64,000 nucleotides of DNA from Candidatus Poribacteria bacterium (GCA_965222225.1 CBDCTK010000002.1:1760001-1824000), one strand, 5' to 3'. Shown: positions 40,182-51,616, numbered from the stretch's first letter. A program made the numbers and translations. The notes: a model not told the origin generated them from the sequence alone.

Positions 40182-41720
40182 TTGGAAGCTAAATTAAGGG
40201 AACTCAAAACCTATCTTGTTGAAGTTGATGATTTGCAGTCCGCAGCAGCTTTGATGTATTGGGACCAATCAACTTACATGCCATCAGGGGGTGCCGCAGC
40301 GCGCGCACGCCAAACCGCAACCTTGAGCCGCCTCGCTCATGAGAAATTCACGGCGCCGGCACTCGGCAAACTCCTCGATCAACTTCAACCGTACGAAGAA
40401 CAACTGCCGTATGACTCGGACGATGCCAGCTTAATTCGCGTGACCCGACGCGAATATGAACGCGCGATCAAAGTTCCGCCAACGTTTATGCAAAAACTGT
40501 ATAGTCACTCCTCCGAATCCTATCAAGTATGGACCGAAGCTAGACCGGCGAATGACTTTAGCATGGTGCAGCCTTACCTCGAAGAAACACTCGCGATGAG
40601 CCGTCAGTTAGCTGAATTCTTTCCGGGATACGAGCACATCGCAGATCCACTGATCGACTTTAGCGACTACGGTATGAAGGCCTCAGACGTACGGTGTATT
40701 TTTTCCGAATTACGTAATCGACTCGCGCCCATTGTTGAGGCAATTACCGCGCAATCTCCCGCGGATGACTCTTGCCTACATCAAACTTTTCCGGAAGAGC
40801 AGCAATTGAGGTTTGGAATCGAAACTATCAAATTCCTTGGCTACGACTTTGGACGCGGGCGACAGGACAAAACTCATCACCCATTTATGACAAAATTCTC
40901 TCTGGGTGATGTTCGCATTACGACTCGTTCAAAAGAGGATGATTTAAGTGATGCACTCTTTAGTACAATGCATGAAGCCGGACACGGGATGTACGAACAA
41001 GGAATCCGTATGGAATTTGACGGAACGCCACTCGCCAACGGCACGTCCTCCGGAGTCCACGAAAGCCAGTCACGCCTGTGGGAAAATGTTGTAGGGCGGA
41101 GCAAGAGATTCTGGAACTGTTTCTATCCCAAGCTCCAAGCGGAATTTACCGATCAACTCGGCTCCGTATCCTTGGAGACTTTCTATCGTGCAATTAACAA
41201 AGTAGAGAAATCGCTAATCCGCACAGATGCCGACGAAGTGACCTATGACCTACATGTACTGCTGCGGTTCGATCTAGAGTTGGATTTGCTGGAGGGGGTA
41301 ATAAAGGTGGCGGACTTGCCGGAATCGTGGCGGGAGCGTTTTCAAGCTGATTTTGGGATTGTCCCCCCGGATGACCGGGACGGCGCCCTGCAGGATGTCC
41401 ATTGGTACGCCGGAACAATCGGTGGAGCGTTTCAGGGATATACATTGGGCAATATCCTTAGCGCGCAGTTCTTCGCGAGCGCGCTAGACAACCATCCGGA
41501 GATACTCTCGGAGATTGAGACTGGTGAATTTGGCACGCTGCTCCGGTGGCTGAAAGAGAACATCTATCAACACGGGAGTAAATTCACCGCCTCCGAACTC
41601 GTTCATCGCGTTACTGGTGGTTCACTACAGATTGAACCTTATATCTCCTACCTGCGGCAGAAATACGGTGACTTGTATAAGCTGCCCTCCGAAGAATCTC
41701 TGGCGAAGGATGTTGATTGA
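40182..41720 (+). CDS. Carboxypeptidase M32 (Taq family)
   Basis: WDQSTYMP, HPF, DVRITTR, HEAGH, HESQS, IRTDADE, G.LQDVHW; TTG start after GAGGAG. Confidence 0.95.
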   Translation: MEAKLRELKTYLVEVDDLQSAAALMYWDQSTYMPSGGAAARARQTATLSRLAHEKFTAPALGKLLDQLQPYEEQLPYDSDDASLIRVTRREYERAIKVPPTFMQKLYSHSSESYQVWTEARPANDFSMVQPYLEETLAMSRQLAEFFPGYEHIADPLIDFSDYGMKASDVRCIFSELRNRLAPIVEAITAQSPADDSCLHQTFPEEQQLRFGIETIKFLGYDFGRGRQDKTHHPFMTKFSLGDVRITTRSKEDDLSDALFSTMHEAGHGMYEQGIRMEFDGTPLANGTSSGVHESQSRLWENVVGRSKRFWNCFYPKLQAEFTDQLGSVSLETFYRAINKVEKSLIRTDADEVTYDLHVLLRFDLELDLLEGVIKVADLPESWRERFQADFGIVPPDDRDGALQDVHWYAGTIGGAFQGYTLGNILSAQFFASALDNHPEILSEIETGEFGTLLRWLKENIYQHGSKFTASELVHRVTGGSLQIEPYISYLRQKYGDLYKLPSEESLAKDVD

Positions 41721-41733
41721 AAGGAGTAACGAG

Positions 41734-42264
41734 ATGGGGCAGTTTAGATGTGCGTTGTTTTTGTTGAGCTACGTGCTAACGCTTGCGGCGTGTGGGGGAG
41801 TCAAACTCATCGACGTGCAAAAGAGCGCTGCGGTGCTCAACCTATCTCCTGAGCAAAGAGAAATCGTTGAACCCAAAATTGCATTCATTACTGATATTGT
41901 CGAAGATTACAACTTTGAAAGGGATGAGCTAGAGTTAGCTTATCAGCGATATCGGAGTGAGGCAAACCTGCCGCCGTTAAGTCGATATGAAGGTGGAGGT
42001 AGGCAAACGATGCGACAGATCTATCGTGAACAAAATGAATTGAGAACGAAAATTAGGGATTTTGCCCAGCAACGTCAGCAATACATAAAGGAAATTTCGA
42101 ATCTTATTCAAGAAATTCGAGCAACTCTTACGCCCCGGCAACTCACGACGCTTGAGGAGATTGAATTTCCCAAGCTGAAACTCCCGAATATTCTTCGACG
42201 CAGTCACTATAACGACTTTTTGTTTATTCCCGGAACACGAATGGGAAGCCCGCGTGATTTCTAG
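41734..42264 (+). CDS. Hypothetical lipoprotein (helical; Spy/CpxP-like hints)
   Basis: LAAC lipobox; LNLSPEQR and LTPRQ motifs; AAGGAG RBS. Confidence 0.7.
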   Translation: MGQFRCALFLLSYVLTLAACGGVKLIDVQKSAAVLNLSPEQREIVEPKIAFITDIVEDYNFERDELELAYQRYRSEANLPPLSRYEGGGRQTMRQIYREQNELRTKIRDFAQQRQQYIKEISNLIQEIRATLTPRQLTTLEEIEFPKLKLPNILRRSHYNDFLFIPGTRMGSPRDF

Positions 42265-43236
42265 CTAGTTACTACCCAAGACACGGTCAAAGAAGAATCT
42301 CAAAAATCGCTCCGCATCCACCCCGACACACACACGAGCGTTTGGTGCATGGTCTGCGCGTTTGGCGCGGAGATTGCCAACGGTTCTGCCTCGAGTCAAA
42401 GCGCTCAGCGTTTCGACCTGTACATAGGCATCCACAATATCGAAAAGGTCTGGCCGTAGCAGATAACCGATTGCAAGCGGATCGTGCAAATACAGACCAT
42501 TGAATCCTTCATGCTCCTGATGGTACACCATACACGCCTGTGTGGAGTCTTGTAGGAACCGAATCAACCGAGTGTTCCGTTGGTTCGCTTCCGCGTTCAA
42601 ACGGCCGCGGGTCAGAACTACCTCGTGTGTTACATCAAGGGGTGTCATAGTGACCGGTATGCCGAAGTTGAATACCACCTGCGCCGCTTGCGGGTCGGCA
42701 TAAATGTTAAATTCGGCTTGTGTCGTCACATTCCCATAGATTTCGAATACGCCCCCCATTAGCACAATTTCTCGAACCCTTCGCATCACCGTTGGATTAT
42801 TGAGCATAGCCTTTGCAATATTAGTCAGAGGACCAACAGGCACCAGAATCAACTCGTCGGGATATCGGTTGACCATATCGATAATTACATCTACTCCCCG
42901 AATTGAGGACAACGGGTATTCAAGTTCCGGGTAAAGCCTTGTTCCGTCGGGGTTCAAGTATTCAGATATACCGCCCAGCCCATCTAAACCGTGAACGTGC
43001 GCTGATGTCACAAGTGGCACGGCTAACGGTTCCTTTGCCCCTTGAGAGATTAACGGCAATTCCGGAAAATCCATGCACCCTAGTGTAATCAGTAGATTCC
43101 GAGTACACTGCTCCACATGAACGTTGCCGCTCACGGTTGTAATCGCCTCAACTTTGAGTTCTGGAGATTTCAGCGCAAAGATAACTGCGAGCGCATCGTC
43201 TACACCAATGTCGGTGTCAATTACGACACGTTTCAT
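42265..43236 (-). CDS. Inosine/uridine-preferring nucleoside hydrolase
   Basis: IDTDIGVDDA, VHGLDGLG, GPLTN, AEFNIY.DP, LHDP. Confidence 0.95.
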   Translation of the reverse strand: MKRVVIDTDIGVDDALAVIFALKSPELKVEAITTVSGNVHVEQCTRNLLITLGCMDFPELPLISQGAKEPLAVPLVTSAHVHGLDGLGGISEYLNPDGTRLYPELEYPLSSIRGVDVIIDMVNRYPDELILVPVGPLTNIAKAMLNNPTVMRRVREIVLMGGVFEIYGNVTTQAEFNIYADPQAAQVVFNFGIPVTMTPLDVTHEVVLTRGRLNAEANQRNTRLIRFLQDSTQACMVYHQEHEGFNGLYLHDPLAIGYLLRPDLFDIVDAYVQVETLSALTRGRTVGNLRAKRADHAPNARVCVGVDAERFLRFFFDRVLGSN

Positions 43237-43340
43237 GGAGTTTCACCAATCTTGTAACCGGGACTCACGAAGAATTACCGCCGTTCACATGAGGTTAGGA
43301 CAACTTCCCATATTGAGAGATTTCATTTTTGCAAGCCGCG

Positions 43341-45143
43341 CTAAAAAACATGACCGATGCCGTAGGTAATCACAGGAACACGAGATGCGCCTTCAAGGGT
43401 ATCCAGGGGGTAGGCAAAATCGAACCGATATATGCGGGACCCGCTCAACCGTGGAATGCTAAATCTCAGACCTGCTCCAATGCTGCGTTTCGGTTGGCTC
43501 AAGACGAGTTCGTTGCCACTCCAGATGTAACCAAGGTCCAAAAATATCACTGATCCGATTACAACCAGAGAGTTTAGTTTCTCGAGCAGGCCACCGTTGA
43601 AGATTGTGCGGCTTTCAATGTTCAGGATTATCATCTTCTCTCCATTGAAAGCGTACGGGCTGTAACCGCGCATCCCGTTTTCTCCGTCAAGAATTACCTG
43701 GCTTTCACCCTCGCGTCCGAACTCGAACACGGTAGACAACCGAGCCGCCAGCGTTTGATAGAGAAGGTTTTTGCGGGCCAACTTAATCCTCCCGTTGAAA
43801 ACCGATTCACGAGGTTCACTACTAAGTCGCGTTGTATAGTCTGTGTGCGTATTCAAGAAGAGCGAATCTTGGTGTGCTAACGATAAGGAAAACAACCAAT
43901 TCAGAACTGTTTCCGACCGATCTGATCCGTAGAACGGCGAACCGTACCCAATGGACATGCTATATCCGTATCCGACGGTAATATCCTCTACGCGGCCCAT
44001 CTGATTGACGTATCGTGACCGAACGAAATCTATGTCTCGATGTCCAACCGAGATGCCGAGTATCTTGATGTCTCGATCTTGCGGGGCAAATCTTGATTTG
44101 GTTTCTCCCCAAGTCGTGCCAGGAGATATCTCAGGTGGGGTGAATTTTGAACGTTCGGAAAGTCCCCACGCCGAGAGCTGTAATTGTTTATGTCGATCTC
44201 CGAAGAAACGGGTAATCTGTCCCGTACTTTGCTGTCTACTACGGCCATATTCATCTGTTGGCGTCCCATGTTCATACCAGTGCTTTGAATCGATATGCTC
44301 CGAGGCCTTAAATGCGGCGCTCCAGCGGGTTTTCAGCGTGTATTGTGGTCGCTGCAAACTCACTTCCCAAGAATCGCCCACGCGTTGCTGCGTATAGAAG
44401 CCATCAAATTCCCAATGCGAACTGAAAAGGTGCGGCTCCGTGTAGCGGGTCCGAATTAGGCTTCGCGTCGGAATCTTCGCCTCGCTAATCCGCTGATATC
44501 GAAATTGTGCTTGATTGCCGGTGCCAAACATATTCGAATCAACGACTTGCACGAGAAAGTCAGAACTATCTTTGCTAAAGGCGGGTATATCCAAGGCAGG
44601 TATCACCGACCAGAGATCTACGACGATAACTCGTATCTCAACAGTAGAGGTCTCGGCGTCCCACGCCGCGTCAATTTCTGCGCTACCAAGATAAGGTTTT
44701 CGGCGCAGAATACGCTCACTCTCCAATTCATCTTCCACCGTGTAAACATCCCCGGTTTTGAAAAGAAGCTCTCGGAGAATAACATGATCTCTTGTGCGCG
44801 AGTTCCCTTCGACTGTCAACTGCCCAATCCGACCCTCATCAATGTAGATATGCAGGTAGACTCCGTCGGGGAAGCTTCTTTTGAACAGGCGTTTCTCATC
44901 AATTCGTGCGAAACTAAACCCGTTTTTTCTATAAAAGCCGACAATGCGCTTGAAGTCCTCCCGCAGCAATTCTTCATCGTAAGTCTCTCCTACTTCGGTT
45001 TGCATCCCTTGGCGGAGTTGCTTATTGGAAAATGCCTCATTACCGCGCAGGATGATTTTGCGAACAGCTTGGTGGTTTGCCATCGCCGAGCCGCAAAATA
45101 TGATGAATAATGCCAAAGTGACGAAAAAACGTGCGTTCATCAC
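43341..45143 (-). CDS. Omp85/BamA-TamA family outer-membrane protein with two POTRA domains
   Basis: ILRGNEAFS, VEGNSRTRDHVILREL, MRGY, GAGLR, RFDFAYP, terminal F. Confidence 0.85.
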   Translation of the reverse strand: MMNARFFVTLALFIIFCGSAMANHQAVRKIILRGNEAFSNKQLRQGMQTEVGETYDEELLREDFKRIVGFYRKNGFSFARIDEKRLFKRSFPDGVYLHIYIDEGRIGQLTVEGNSRTRDHVILRELLFKTGDVYTVEDELESERILRRKPYLGSAEIDAAWDAETSTVEIRVIVVDLWSVIPALDIPAFSKDSSDFLVQVVDSNMFGTGNQAQFRYQRISEAKIPTRSLIRTRYTEPHLFSSHWEFDGFYTQQRVGDSWEVSLQRPQYTLKTRWSAAFKASEHIDSKHWYEHGTPTDEYGRSRQQSTGQITRFFGDRHKQLQLSAWGLSERSKFTPPEISPGTTWGETKSRFAPQDRDIKILGISVGHRDIDFVRSRYVNQMGRVEDITVGYGYSMSIGYGSPFYGSDRSETVLNWLFSLSLAHQDSLFLNTHTDYTTRLSSEPRESVFNGRIKLARKNLLYQTLAARLSTVFEFGREGESQVILDGENGMRGYSPYAFNGEKMIILNIESRTIFNGGLLEKLNSLVVIGSVIFLDLGYIWSGNELVLSQPKRSIGAGLRFSIPRLSGSRIYRFDFAYPLDTLEGASRVPVITYGIGHVF

Positions 45144-45167
45144 TTTAATCCTAAAATTAGAGTGGGG

Positions 45168-47261
45168 CTAGTGCGCTGGAGGTGATTCACCCGGAGCAGT
45201 ACGTTCATGATTTGAGAGTATGCCTTCAATGAGCATGCAGACGAGTGCCAAAATTAGCAGTTCGCCCCAAATTTCCTTTCCCATTCGGTGAGAGTTTAGC
45301 CTAAGATTCAGCGATTCGGACGAGGCAGGAACCATCGGCTGAGCGCCGACTCGGTCTATCGCCTCTTGAATCTCAATAGTGCGCAAATCGGATTCCGTCG
45401 GTTCAACATTGACGGCGAAAAAATCTCGAACCAACCGCTCCTTGCCGTGTACATCAACCTGATAAATCCCGGGTAAATCTGCTCCATCAAATCTCAGGTC
45501 ACCACTCGCGCTAATTGAAACAGTTTCGGTCGAACCAGATGGGTCGCCCACTCGCTCCACGGAGGCCTTTGTTGCCTTCGCGTAACGGTAATTGGCAGTA
45601 AATGTGTCTCCGACAAGCAGATTTCTGTCGTGCGCGGATTGAATCGCCTTGGCATAGAGTACCGTCTGCTGCAGCAACGGGACAAAATGCGGATTGACCA
45701 TTAGGTTTGACGCATCACGCTGGCTGGCGGATACATTAAATACGATGGCTCTGCCCGAATGAATTCGCCGTTCAACCACAAAAGGCGTTCTGTTAGATAG
45801 TTCCGCAATGACACGCGCATCCTCCGCCGGATTGAAGATTAAGCCTTGATAAAACTGCGGCGCGTATTGTCCCGAAAAATCGTCCGCACCAAAAATATTG
45901 AATATCGGGTGATTGGCGTCGAACTCCGACAGTGTCAAGGGTGGATGCCAGTCCATTAAGGCGCCGAGGCTAGCTGGCATCCAATCGGAAAACTGATTGT
46001 AACTTGACACGTCAATCTTGTCGCCCACGAAATACACGACACTTTTACCCGCACGAATGAAGCTTTGAAGTTGTAGCTTAATCCGATCAGCAAGCTGAGG
46101 CACGTCCGCAAAGATGATAACGTCGTAGTCCTCTAACGCGAAATCTGCGAACTCTTGGGCGGAGCAACTTACCGGAAGAATCGTGAATTCCGTTGCAGGT
46201 GTTGCCTGCATTTCGGGATTCAGCGCTAACGTCAAGTACAGCGTCTGTTCACCGACACAAAGCACTCGAATCTGACCGTAAGCGCCAAATGCAAAGTAAC
46301 GTCGATTGTCGACCTGCAATCGATCTGGTGTGAGATTAACATAACCTGTGTGCGTTCCGGGTGATTCAAATTTATGTGTAAAAGTTGCGACGATTGCCTC
46401 ACGTGCAGGCACATTGGAAGTCAGCGATCTGCGCTTTTTGCCATCAATAAAAAGCGTTAACGTGATTTCTCCCTGAGACGAAGCGGAATGATTGTTGACG
46501 CTTACGTTTAACTGAACGGGGTGATGTGCCCCAATTAGTTGATTAGAAACTTGAAGTTCTTCAATGCTCGCGTTATCCTCGTTTGCCTCGCCTACAGGAA
46601 GCAGGAAAATCTTAGCTCCCGATCGATTCGGCACACGTCCCCAGGTGCCCCAACCGTTTCTGCCAAAGTCAGAAATCAAGTAAATCTCTTTGTTCGGGGA
46701 AACCGAGGTCTCAAGGATATCATGGGCTAACTCCAGACTAGGCGGCACGAGTGTAGATCGGCTGGAAACCTCTGCCTGACGAATTCCTGCTTTTGCGGCA
46801 TCCAAGTCTCTCGTCAACTTCATGAAGATAGTATCTGGGATGTCAGACATTAAGATGGCCGCTACGCTGTCTCCGTGTCGAAGTGAGTCGGCAACTTCCA
46901 ACGCTACCTGTTTTGCCTTGTCGAATCTTTGACCTTGGATTCCTTGATATCCCATACTAAAGGAGTTATCCAGTATTACGACTGCGCTGGTTTTCGCACG
47001 AGCTCCGGCAAACGAGAATTGGTTTTTCAGCAGGGGGCGGGCGAGGGCAAGCGCAATGAGGGTAATGATCGCCACTCGCAGAAATAAGATTAAGAGATTC
47101 TTGAGCTGAATACGCCGCACGTTCTGGCGATGCGCAACCAAGAGGAACATAAGGCTGCTGAAATCAACCCTTTTCGCTTGACGGCGACTCCAGAGGTGAA
47201 TGAGAAGAGGTATCGCGGCAGCAAGTACCCCGAGAAGCAAAATCGGGTTGAGAAAGCCCAA
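45168..47261 (-). CDS. BatA domain plus VWA membrane protein
   Basis: FLNP...IPLLIHL...FSSL.FL, LALARP, LDNSFSM MIDAS, ISDF, DNRRYF, FAVN...ESDL. Confidence 0.88.
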   Translation of the reverse strand: MGFLNPILLLGVLAAAIPLLIHLWSRRQAKRVDFSSLMFLLVAHRQNVRRIQLKNLLILFLRVAIITLIALALARPLLKNQFSFAGARAKTSAVVILDNSFSMGYQGIQGQRFDKAKQVALEVADSLRHGDSVAAILMSDIPDTIFMKLTRDLDAAKAGIRQAEVSSRSTLVPPSLELAHDILETSVSPNKEIYLISDFGRNGWGTWGRVPNRSGAKIFLLPVGEANEDNASIEELQVSNQLIGAHHPVQLNVSVNNHSASSQGEITLTLFIDGKKRRSLTSNVPAREAIVATFTHKFESPGTHTGYVNLTPDRLQVDNRRYFAFGAYGQIRVLCVGEQTLYLTLALNPEMQATPATEFTILPVSCSAQEFADFALEDYDVIIFADVPQLADRIKLQLQSFIRAGKSVVYFVGDKIDVSSYNQFSDWMPASLGALMDWHPPLTLSEFDANHPIFNIFGADDFSGQYAPQFYQGLIFNPAEDARVIAELSNRTPFVVERRIHSGRAIVFNVSASQRDASNLMVNPHFVPLLQQTVLYAKAIQSAHDRNLLVGDTFTANYRYAKATKASVERVGDPSGSTETVSISASGDLRFDGADLPGIYQVDVHGKERLVRDFFAVNVEPTESDLRTIEIQEAIDRVGAQPMVPASSESLNLRLNSHRMGKEIWGELLILALVCMLIEGILSNHERTAPGESPPAH

Positions 47262-47458
47262 GGAAATAAACTCCTTCGCGGGTCAAGAAACAGAAAAGTA
47301 AGGACGTGATGTGCGATCAGTGCATAGAAAACTGTAAGATTGTATCACGGCACGCAAACAATAAAACAGTATTATAGGTGAAAACGGGACGGAGATTCAA
47401 GTTGAAATAAGGAGGTGTCGTTCCCTAAATAAGCCCAGAGAGAACGCCGGCATTGTAC

Positions 47459-47487
47459 TTGACTTTCCCTTAAGTGTGCAGTAGAAT
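47459..47487 (+). promoter_or_regulatory. sigma70 promoter of iscS-mrp
   Basis: TTGACT-17 nt-TAGAAT. Confidence 0.6.
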
Positions 47488-47512
47488 TATCATTGATTCA
47501 AGCCAAAGGTGA

Positions 47513-48715
47513 GTGAACATGAAGGGCCAGGACAACATCGTCTATATGGATTATCATGCGACGACACCTCTAGACCCACAGGTCGTAGCGGCGATGATGC
47601 CCTATCTGACAACCTGCTTTGGCAATGCATCCAGCACAGCGCATGTGTTCGGGTGGAAGGCAAAAGATGCCGTGGAAAAGGCTCGACGCCAAGTTGCTGA
47701 ACTCATCAACTGCTCACCGGAAGAGCTTATATTTACGAGCGGCGCCACAGAATCAGACAACCTGGCGATTAAAGGCGTTGCATACGCTTATAAGCACAAA
47801 GGCAACCATATCATTACTAGCACCGCGGAGCACCACGCCGTGTTGGATACGTGTGCGGCCTTGGAGAACGAAGGGTTCAAAGTTACATATCTGCCCGTTG
47901 ATGAGTACGGCATGATTCAACCGCAACAGGTTGAGGATCATATCACGAGTCAAACTATCCTGATTAGTCTCATCTATGCGAATAATGAAGTTGGCACGAT
48001 TAATCCTCTCTCGGAGATAGGAAAGATTGCAGGAGAACATGGCGTACTTTTCCATTCTGATGCGGTGCAAGCGGTTGGCAAGATTGACTCCGATGTTGAT
48101 CGACTGGGATTTGATCTTATGTCGCTCACCGCACACAAGATGTACGGTCCCAAAGGAATCGGCGCTCTCTATATTCGCGCGAGGAAGCCGGAGATTCAAT
48201 TGACCCCCATGATTCACGGCGGCGGGCAAGAGAATCACATTAGACCGGGCACACTCAACGTTCCCGGTATCGTCGGTTTTGGCGAGTCGTGCGAACTCTC
48301 AAAAACTTTGATGTTCGAGGAATCTGAACGAATCTCCGATTTGCGAGATAAGCTCTATCGCGCACTCTTTAACCGAATCGACCGCATTTATCTGAACGGG
48401 CACGCCGAAAAACGTCTCGCCGGGAATCTTAACATCAGTTTTGAATTTGTAGAAAGCGAAGCGTTGTTGGCAAGCTTGGATAACATTGCGCTGTCTGCAG
48501 GCTCGGCTTGTACATCCGGCGCCGTTCAAGCGTCTCACGTATTGCTCGCCATGCGACTGAAAGAGGAACTGGCGCATACGGCGGTTCGTTTCGGATTAGG
48601 TCGATTCACCACCGAGGAAGATGTCGATCAGGTCATTGACGCCGTGGTGAAAGCGGTTCACCGCTTGCGGCAACTGTCGCCGCTCTATGAGGGAGATTTG
48701 TCGAATACGGGCTGA
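47513..48715 (+). CDS. iscS: Cysteine desulfurase
   Basis: YMDYHATTP, FTSGATES.N, HSDAVQ, TAHKMYGPKG, SAGSACTS, LRQLSPLY. Confidence 0.95.
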   Translation: MNMKGQDNIVYMDYHATTPLDPQVVAAMMPYLTTCFGNASSTAHVFGWKAKDAVEKARRQVAELINCSPEELIFTSGATESDNLAIKGVAYAYKHKGNHIITSTAEHHAVLDTCAALENEGFKVTYLPVDEYGMIQPQQVEDHITSQTILISLIYANNEVGTINPLSEIGKIAGEHGVLFHSDAVQAVGKIDSDVDRLGFDLMSLTAHKMYGPKGIGALYIRARKPEIQLTPMIHGGGQENHIRPGTLNVPGIVGFGESCELSKTLMFEESERISDLRDKLYRALFNRIDRIYLNGHAEKRLAGNLNISFEFVESEALLASLDNIALSAGSACTSGAVQASHVLLAMRLKEELAHTAVRFGLGRFTTEEDVDQVIDAVVKAVHRLRQLSPLYEGDLSNTG

Positions 48716-48790
48716 CAGACGAAAACTCTCAAAAGACGAACTCCGAGGCATGACGATTTCGTATGACGTGTACCTTTAAAAGGACGAGAC

Positions 48791-49771
48791 ATGAACTTTT
48801 TCAAAAAAGGCAATAAAAACACAGATTCAACGAATAATGAAACGACTCAATCGACGACAAAGGGGCATCCGGAGCTTAAAGTAATCAGTGGCTCTCAGAT
48901 TTCTCGCCCGACGGCTGCTCCGCGCACGGGGCCTGCTCAGGGTATGCCGCAAGCGGACACCGGACAACACAATGTGGAACTTCCTGACATCCGTTATAAG
49001 ATTGCTGTAGCAAGCGGAAAGGGCGGCGTGGGAAAATCGACAGTCGCAACCAACTTGGCGATTGCACTTTCACGCGGCGGCGCGAAGGTCGGACTGATGG
49101 ACGCTGATGCTTACGGGCCGAGCATTCCCACAATGATGGGCATCAGCGAGAAACCCCAAACAAGCCCGGAAAGGAAATTGATCCCGTTGGTCAGACACGA
49201 CATCCAGTTGATGTCAATCGGCTTCATGGTGCCGGAAGAGCAAGCAATGATTTGGCGCGGCCCCATGTTGCACAGTGCTATCCGTCAGTTTCTTAGCGAT
49301 GTGGATTGGGGTGAGTTAGAGTATCTTATCATAGATTTGCCGCCCGGTACGGGAGACGCAGCCCTCTCCTTGACCCAAGCCATCCCACTGACCGGTGCGG
49401 TGATTGTGACGACGCCCCAAGATGTCGCCTTAGCCGATGTCAGACGCGGCGCCGCCATGTTCGATCGCTTGGGCGTGCCGATTTTGGGCGTCGTCGAGAA
49501 TATGAGTTACTTTCTCTGTCCACACTGTGGCGAGAGGACGGACATCTTCAGGTCCGACGGCGGGAAAAAGACCAGCGAAAAGCTAGGGGTTCCATTCCTT
49601 GGGCGGGTTCCGCTAGACGCGGAGGTATGCACTGCTGGCGATCTCGGCGTCCCGATTGTCGCCGCCCACCCCGATTCGCCGCAATCTCAAGCATTCTATG
49701 AAGTTGCAAACCAACTCTCGGTAGAGTTGAGTGAGCGGGGACCCGAGGATGAGTTGAAGATTATCGTGTAA
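48791..49771 (+). CDS. mrp: Mrp/NBP35 (ApbC) Fe-S carrier ATPase
   Basis: ASGKGGVGKST, WRGPM, DLPPGTGD, ENMSYF.CPHC. Confidence 0.93.
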   Translation: MNFFKKGNKNTDSTNNETTQSTTKGHPELKVISGSQISRPTAAPRTGPAQGMPQADTGQHNVELPDIRYKIAVASGKGGVGKSTVATNLAIALSRGGAKVGLMDADAYGPSIPTMMGISEKPQTSPERKLIPLVRHDIQLMSIGFMVPEEQAMIWRGPMLHSAIRQFLSDVDWGELEYLIIDLPPGTGDAALSLTQAIPLTGAVIVTTPQDVALADVRRGAAMFDRLGVPILGVVENMSYFLCPHCGERTDIFRSDGGKKTSEKLGVPFLGRVPLDAEVCTAGDLGVPIVAAHPDSPQSQAFYEVANQLSVELSERGPEDELKIIV

Positions 49772-50065
49772 TGACTTAACTCTTTCACTATTCGAGTTCT
49801 TCGTGCGGCACAACTCAAGCCGAGGTTTCTGACATTCCCAATTTGAAGAAATCTTGGCTTTTTTGTTTGACCAGTCGAGATAGTTCAATAATAGACTCCA
49901 CTGTCGATGTTCGTTCCGGATTGCACGCAAATCAACGCACGGGAATTTACCTAGCTAGGGGTCAAGTCCGGACACACGCTCGATGAATTAACCAATCCAT
50001 GCGCCTTTTTAGTCTTCTATCGGGTACGCACCTTGGCAAATAACACATACATGGAGGATGCCCCA

Positions 50066-51481
50066 ATGCCTGATGAAAATCAATTGATAAATGAGCTTGC
50101 GGATGTAGTCGGCCCGCAAAACGTGCTTACGGATTCAACCGCATTGTCGGTTTATGAATGTGATGGAGCGACACTCTTCAAAGCATTGCCTGATATGGTC
50201 GTCTTCCCGGAAAATGCCCAACAAATCTCTGCAATCGTAAAACTGGCTAACAAACACCAAACCCCATTCATTGCGCGGGGCGCTGGCACAGGACTGAGTG
50301 GCGGGATGCTTCCGGTACGCGGTGGAATGCTAATCGCCCTCAATCGGCTTGACCGAATCCTCGAAATCGACCTGCGAAACCAGCGTGCCGTGGTGGAACC
50401 CGGGGTGGTAAATTTGCTGCTAACCCATGCCGTTCAAGATGATGGCTACTACTACGCCCCGGACCCATCCAGCCAGAAAGCCTGTACTATTGGTGGAAAC
50501 ATAGCTGAAAATTCCGGGGGCCCTCACACCCTCAAATACGGCGTCACTACGGATCATATTTTGGGGCTGGAGGTGGTCCTACCAAATGGGGAAATCGTCG
50601 AATTCGGAGGCGCGGTTGAAGAAACGCCCGGTTACGATTTGCGCGGCGTCATGATTGGCTCCGAGGGTACCTTCGGAATTGTGACGAAAGCAACTGTACG
50701 TCTCCTCCGAAGTCCGCAGACCTATCAAACGACCCTCAGCATTTTTGAGACGATGGACGATGCCTCGAAAGCAGTGTCGAGCATTATCGCTGCGGGAATT
50801 ATCCCTGCCGCGCTGGAGATGATGGATCAACTCGTCATCAAGGCTTTAGAAGATGGGTTCCATTACGGTTTTCCACTTGACGCCGAGGCAGTCCTGATTG
50901 TTGAGCTGGATGGCATTGAAGCCGGAATGCGGGATCAGACACAACGCATCATCGCCATTCTAAATGAGCACAATGCTCGCGAAGTGCGTTACGCCAAAGA
51001 TGACGCGGATCGACAAAACCTCTGGAAGGCGCGGAAGAGTGCTTTTGGCGCTTTCGGACGGTTAGCGCCAAGTTATATTACCCAGGACGGCGTAGTTCCC
51101 CGCACGCAACTGCCCAAAGTTCTCCGACAAGTCGCGGCAATCTCACGGAAATACGACGTACCAATCGCCAATGTGTTCCATGCAGGTGACGGAAACATCC
51201 ACCCAATTGTGCTATTTGACGAACGGGATCCGGACCAGTGCGAGCGTGTTGAAATGGTCAACGAGGAGATACTTACTGCTTGTGCTGAAGCTGGCGGCAC
51301 TATTACCGGCGAGCACGGAATCGGTATTGAGAAGATGGATTACATGCCGCTCATTTTCAGTCCCGAAGATCTCAAAGTTATGGCGTCTGTCAGGGATGTC
51401 TTCAACCCGACGGGACTATGCAACCCGGGCAAGATTTTTCCGACACCCGAATCTTATATCAAGCTGGGGTTTGCTACTTGA
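50066..51481 (+). CDS. glcD: Glycolate oxidase subunit GlcD (FAD-linked)
   Basis: RGAGTGLSGG, YAPDPSSQ.ACTIGGN, LKYGVT, GSEGT, FHAGDGN.HP, GEHG.G.EK. Confidence 0.9.
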   Translation: MPDENQLINELADVVGPQNVLTDSTALSVYECDGATLFKALPDMVVFPENAQQISAIVKLANKHQTPFIARGAGTGLSGGMLPVRGGMLIALNRLDRILEIDLRNQRAVVEPGVVNLLLTHAVQDDGYYYAPDPSSQKACTIGGNIAENSGGPHTLKYGVTTDHILGLEVVLPNGEIVEFGGAVEETPGYDLRGVMIGSEGTFGIVTKATVRLLRSPQTYQTTLSIFETMDDASKAVSSIIAAGIIPAALEMMDQLVIKALEDGFHYGFPLDAEAVLIVELDGIEAGMRDQTQRIIAILNEHNAREVRYAKDDADRQNLWKARKSAFGAFGRLAPSYITQDGVVPRTQLPKVLRQVAAISRKYDVPIANVFHAGDGNIHPIVLFDERDPDQCERVEMVNEEILTACAEAGGTITGEHGIGIEKMDYMPLIFSPEDLKVMASVRDVFNPTGLCNPGKIFPTPESYIKLGFAT

Positions 51482-51616
51482 TGAATGTCAAGTTCGATCC
51501 GGAGATTACGGTGGCTGTAGGCTTCAAAAACATTGACGACGAACAGATGTCTAATCTGTCGATAACTCAGACTCGGAAGTACCTATTCGAAGTCAAAGGA
51601 CCTCTCACCAATCACA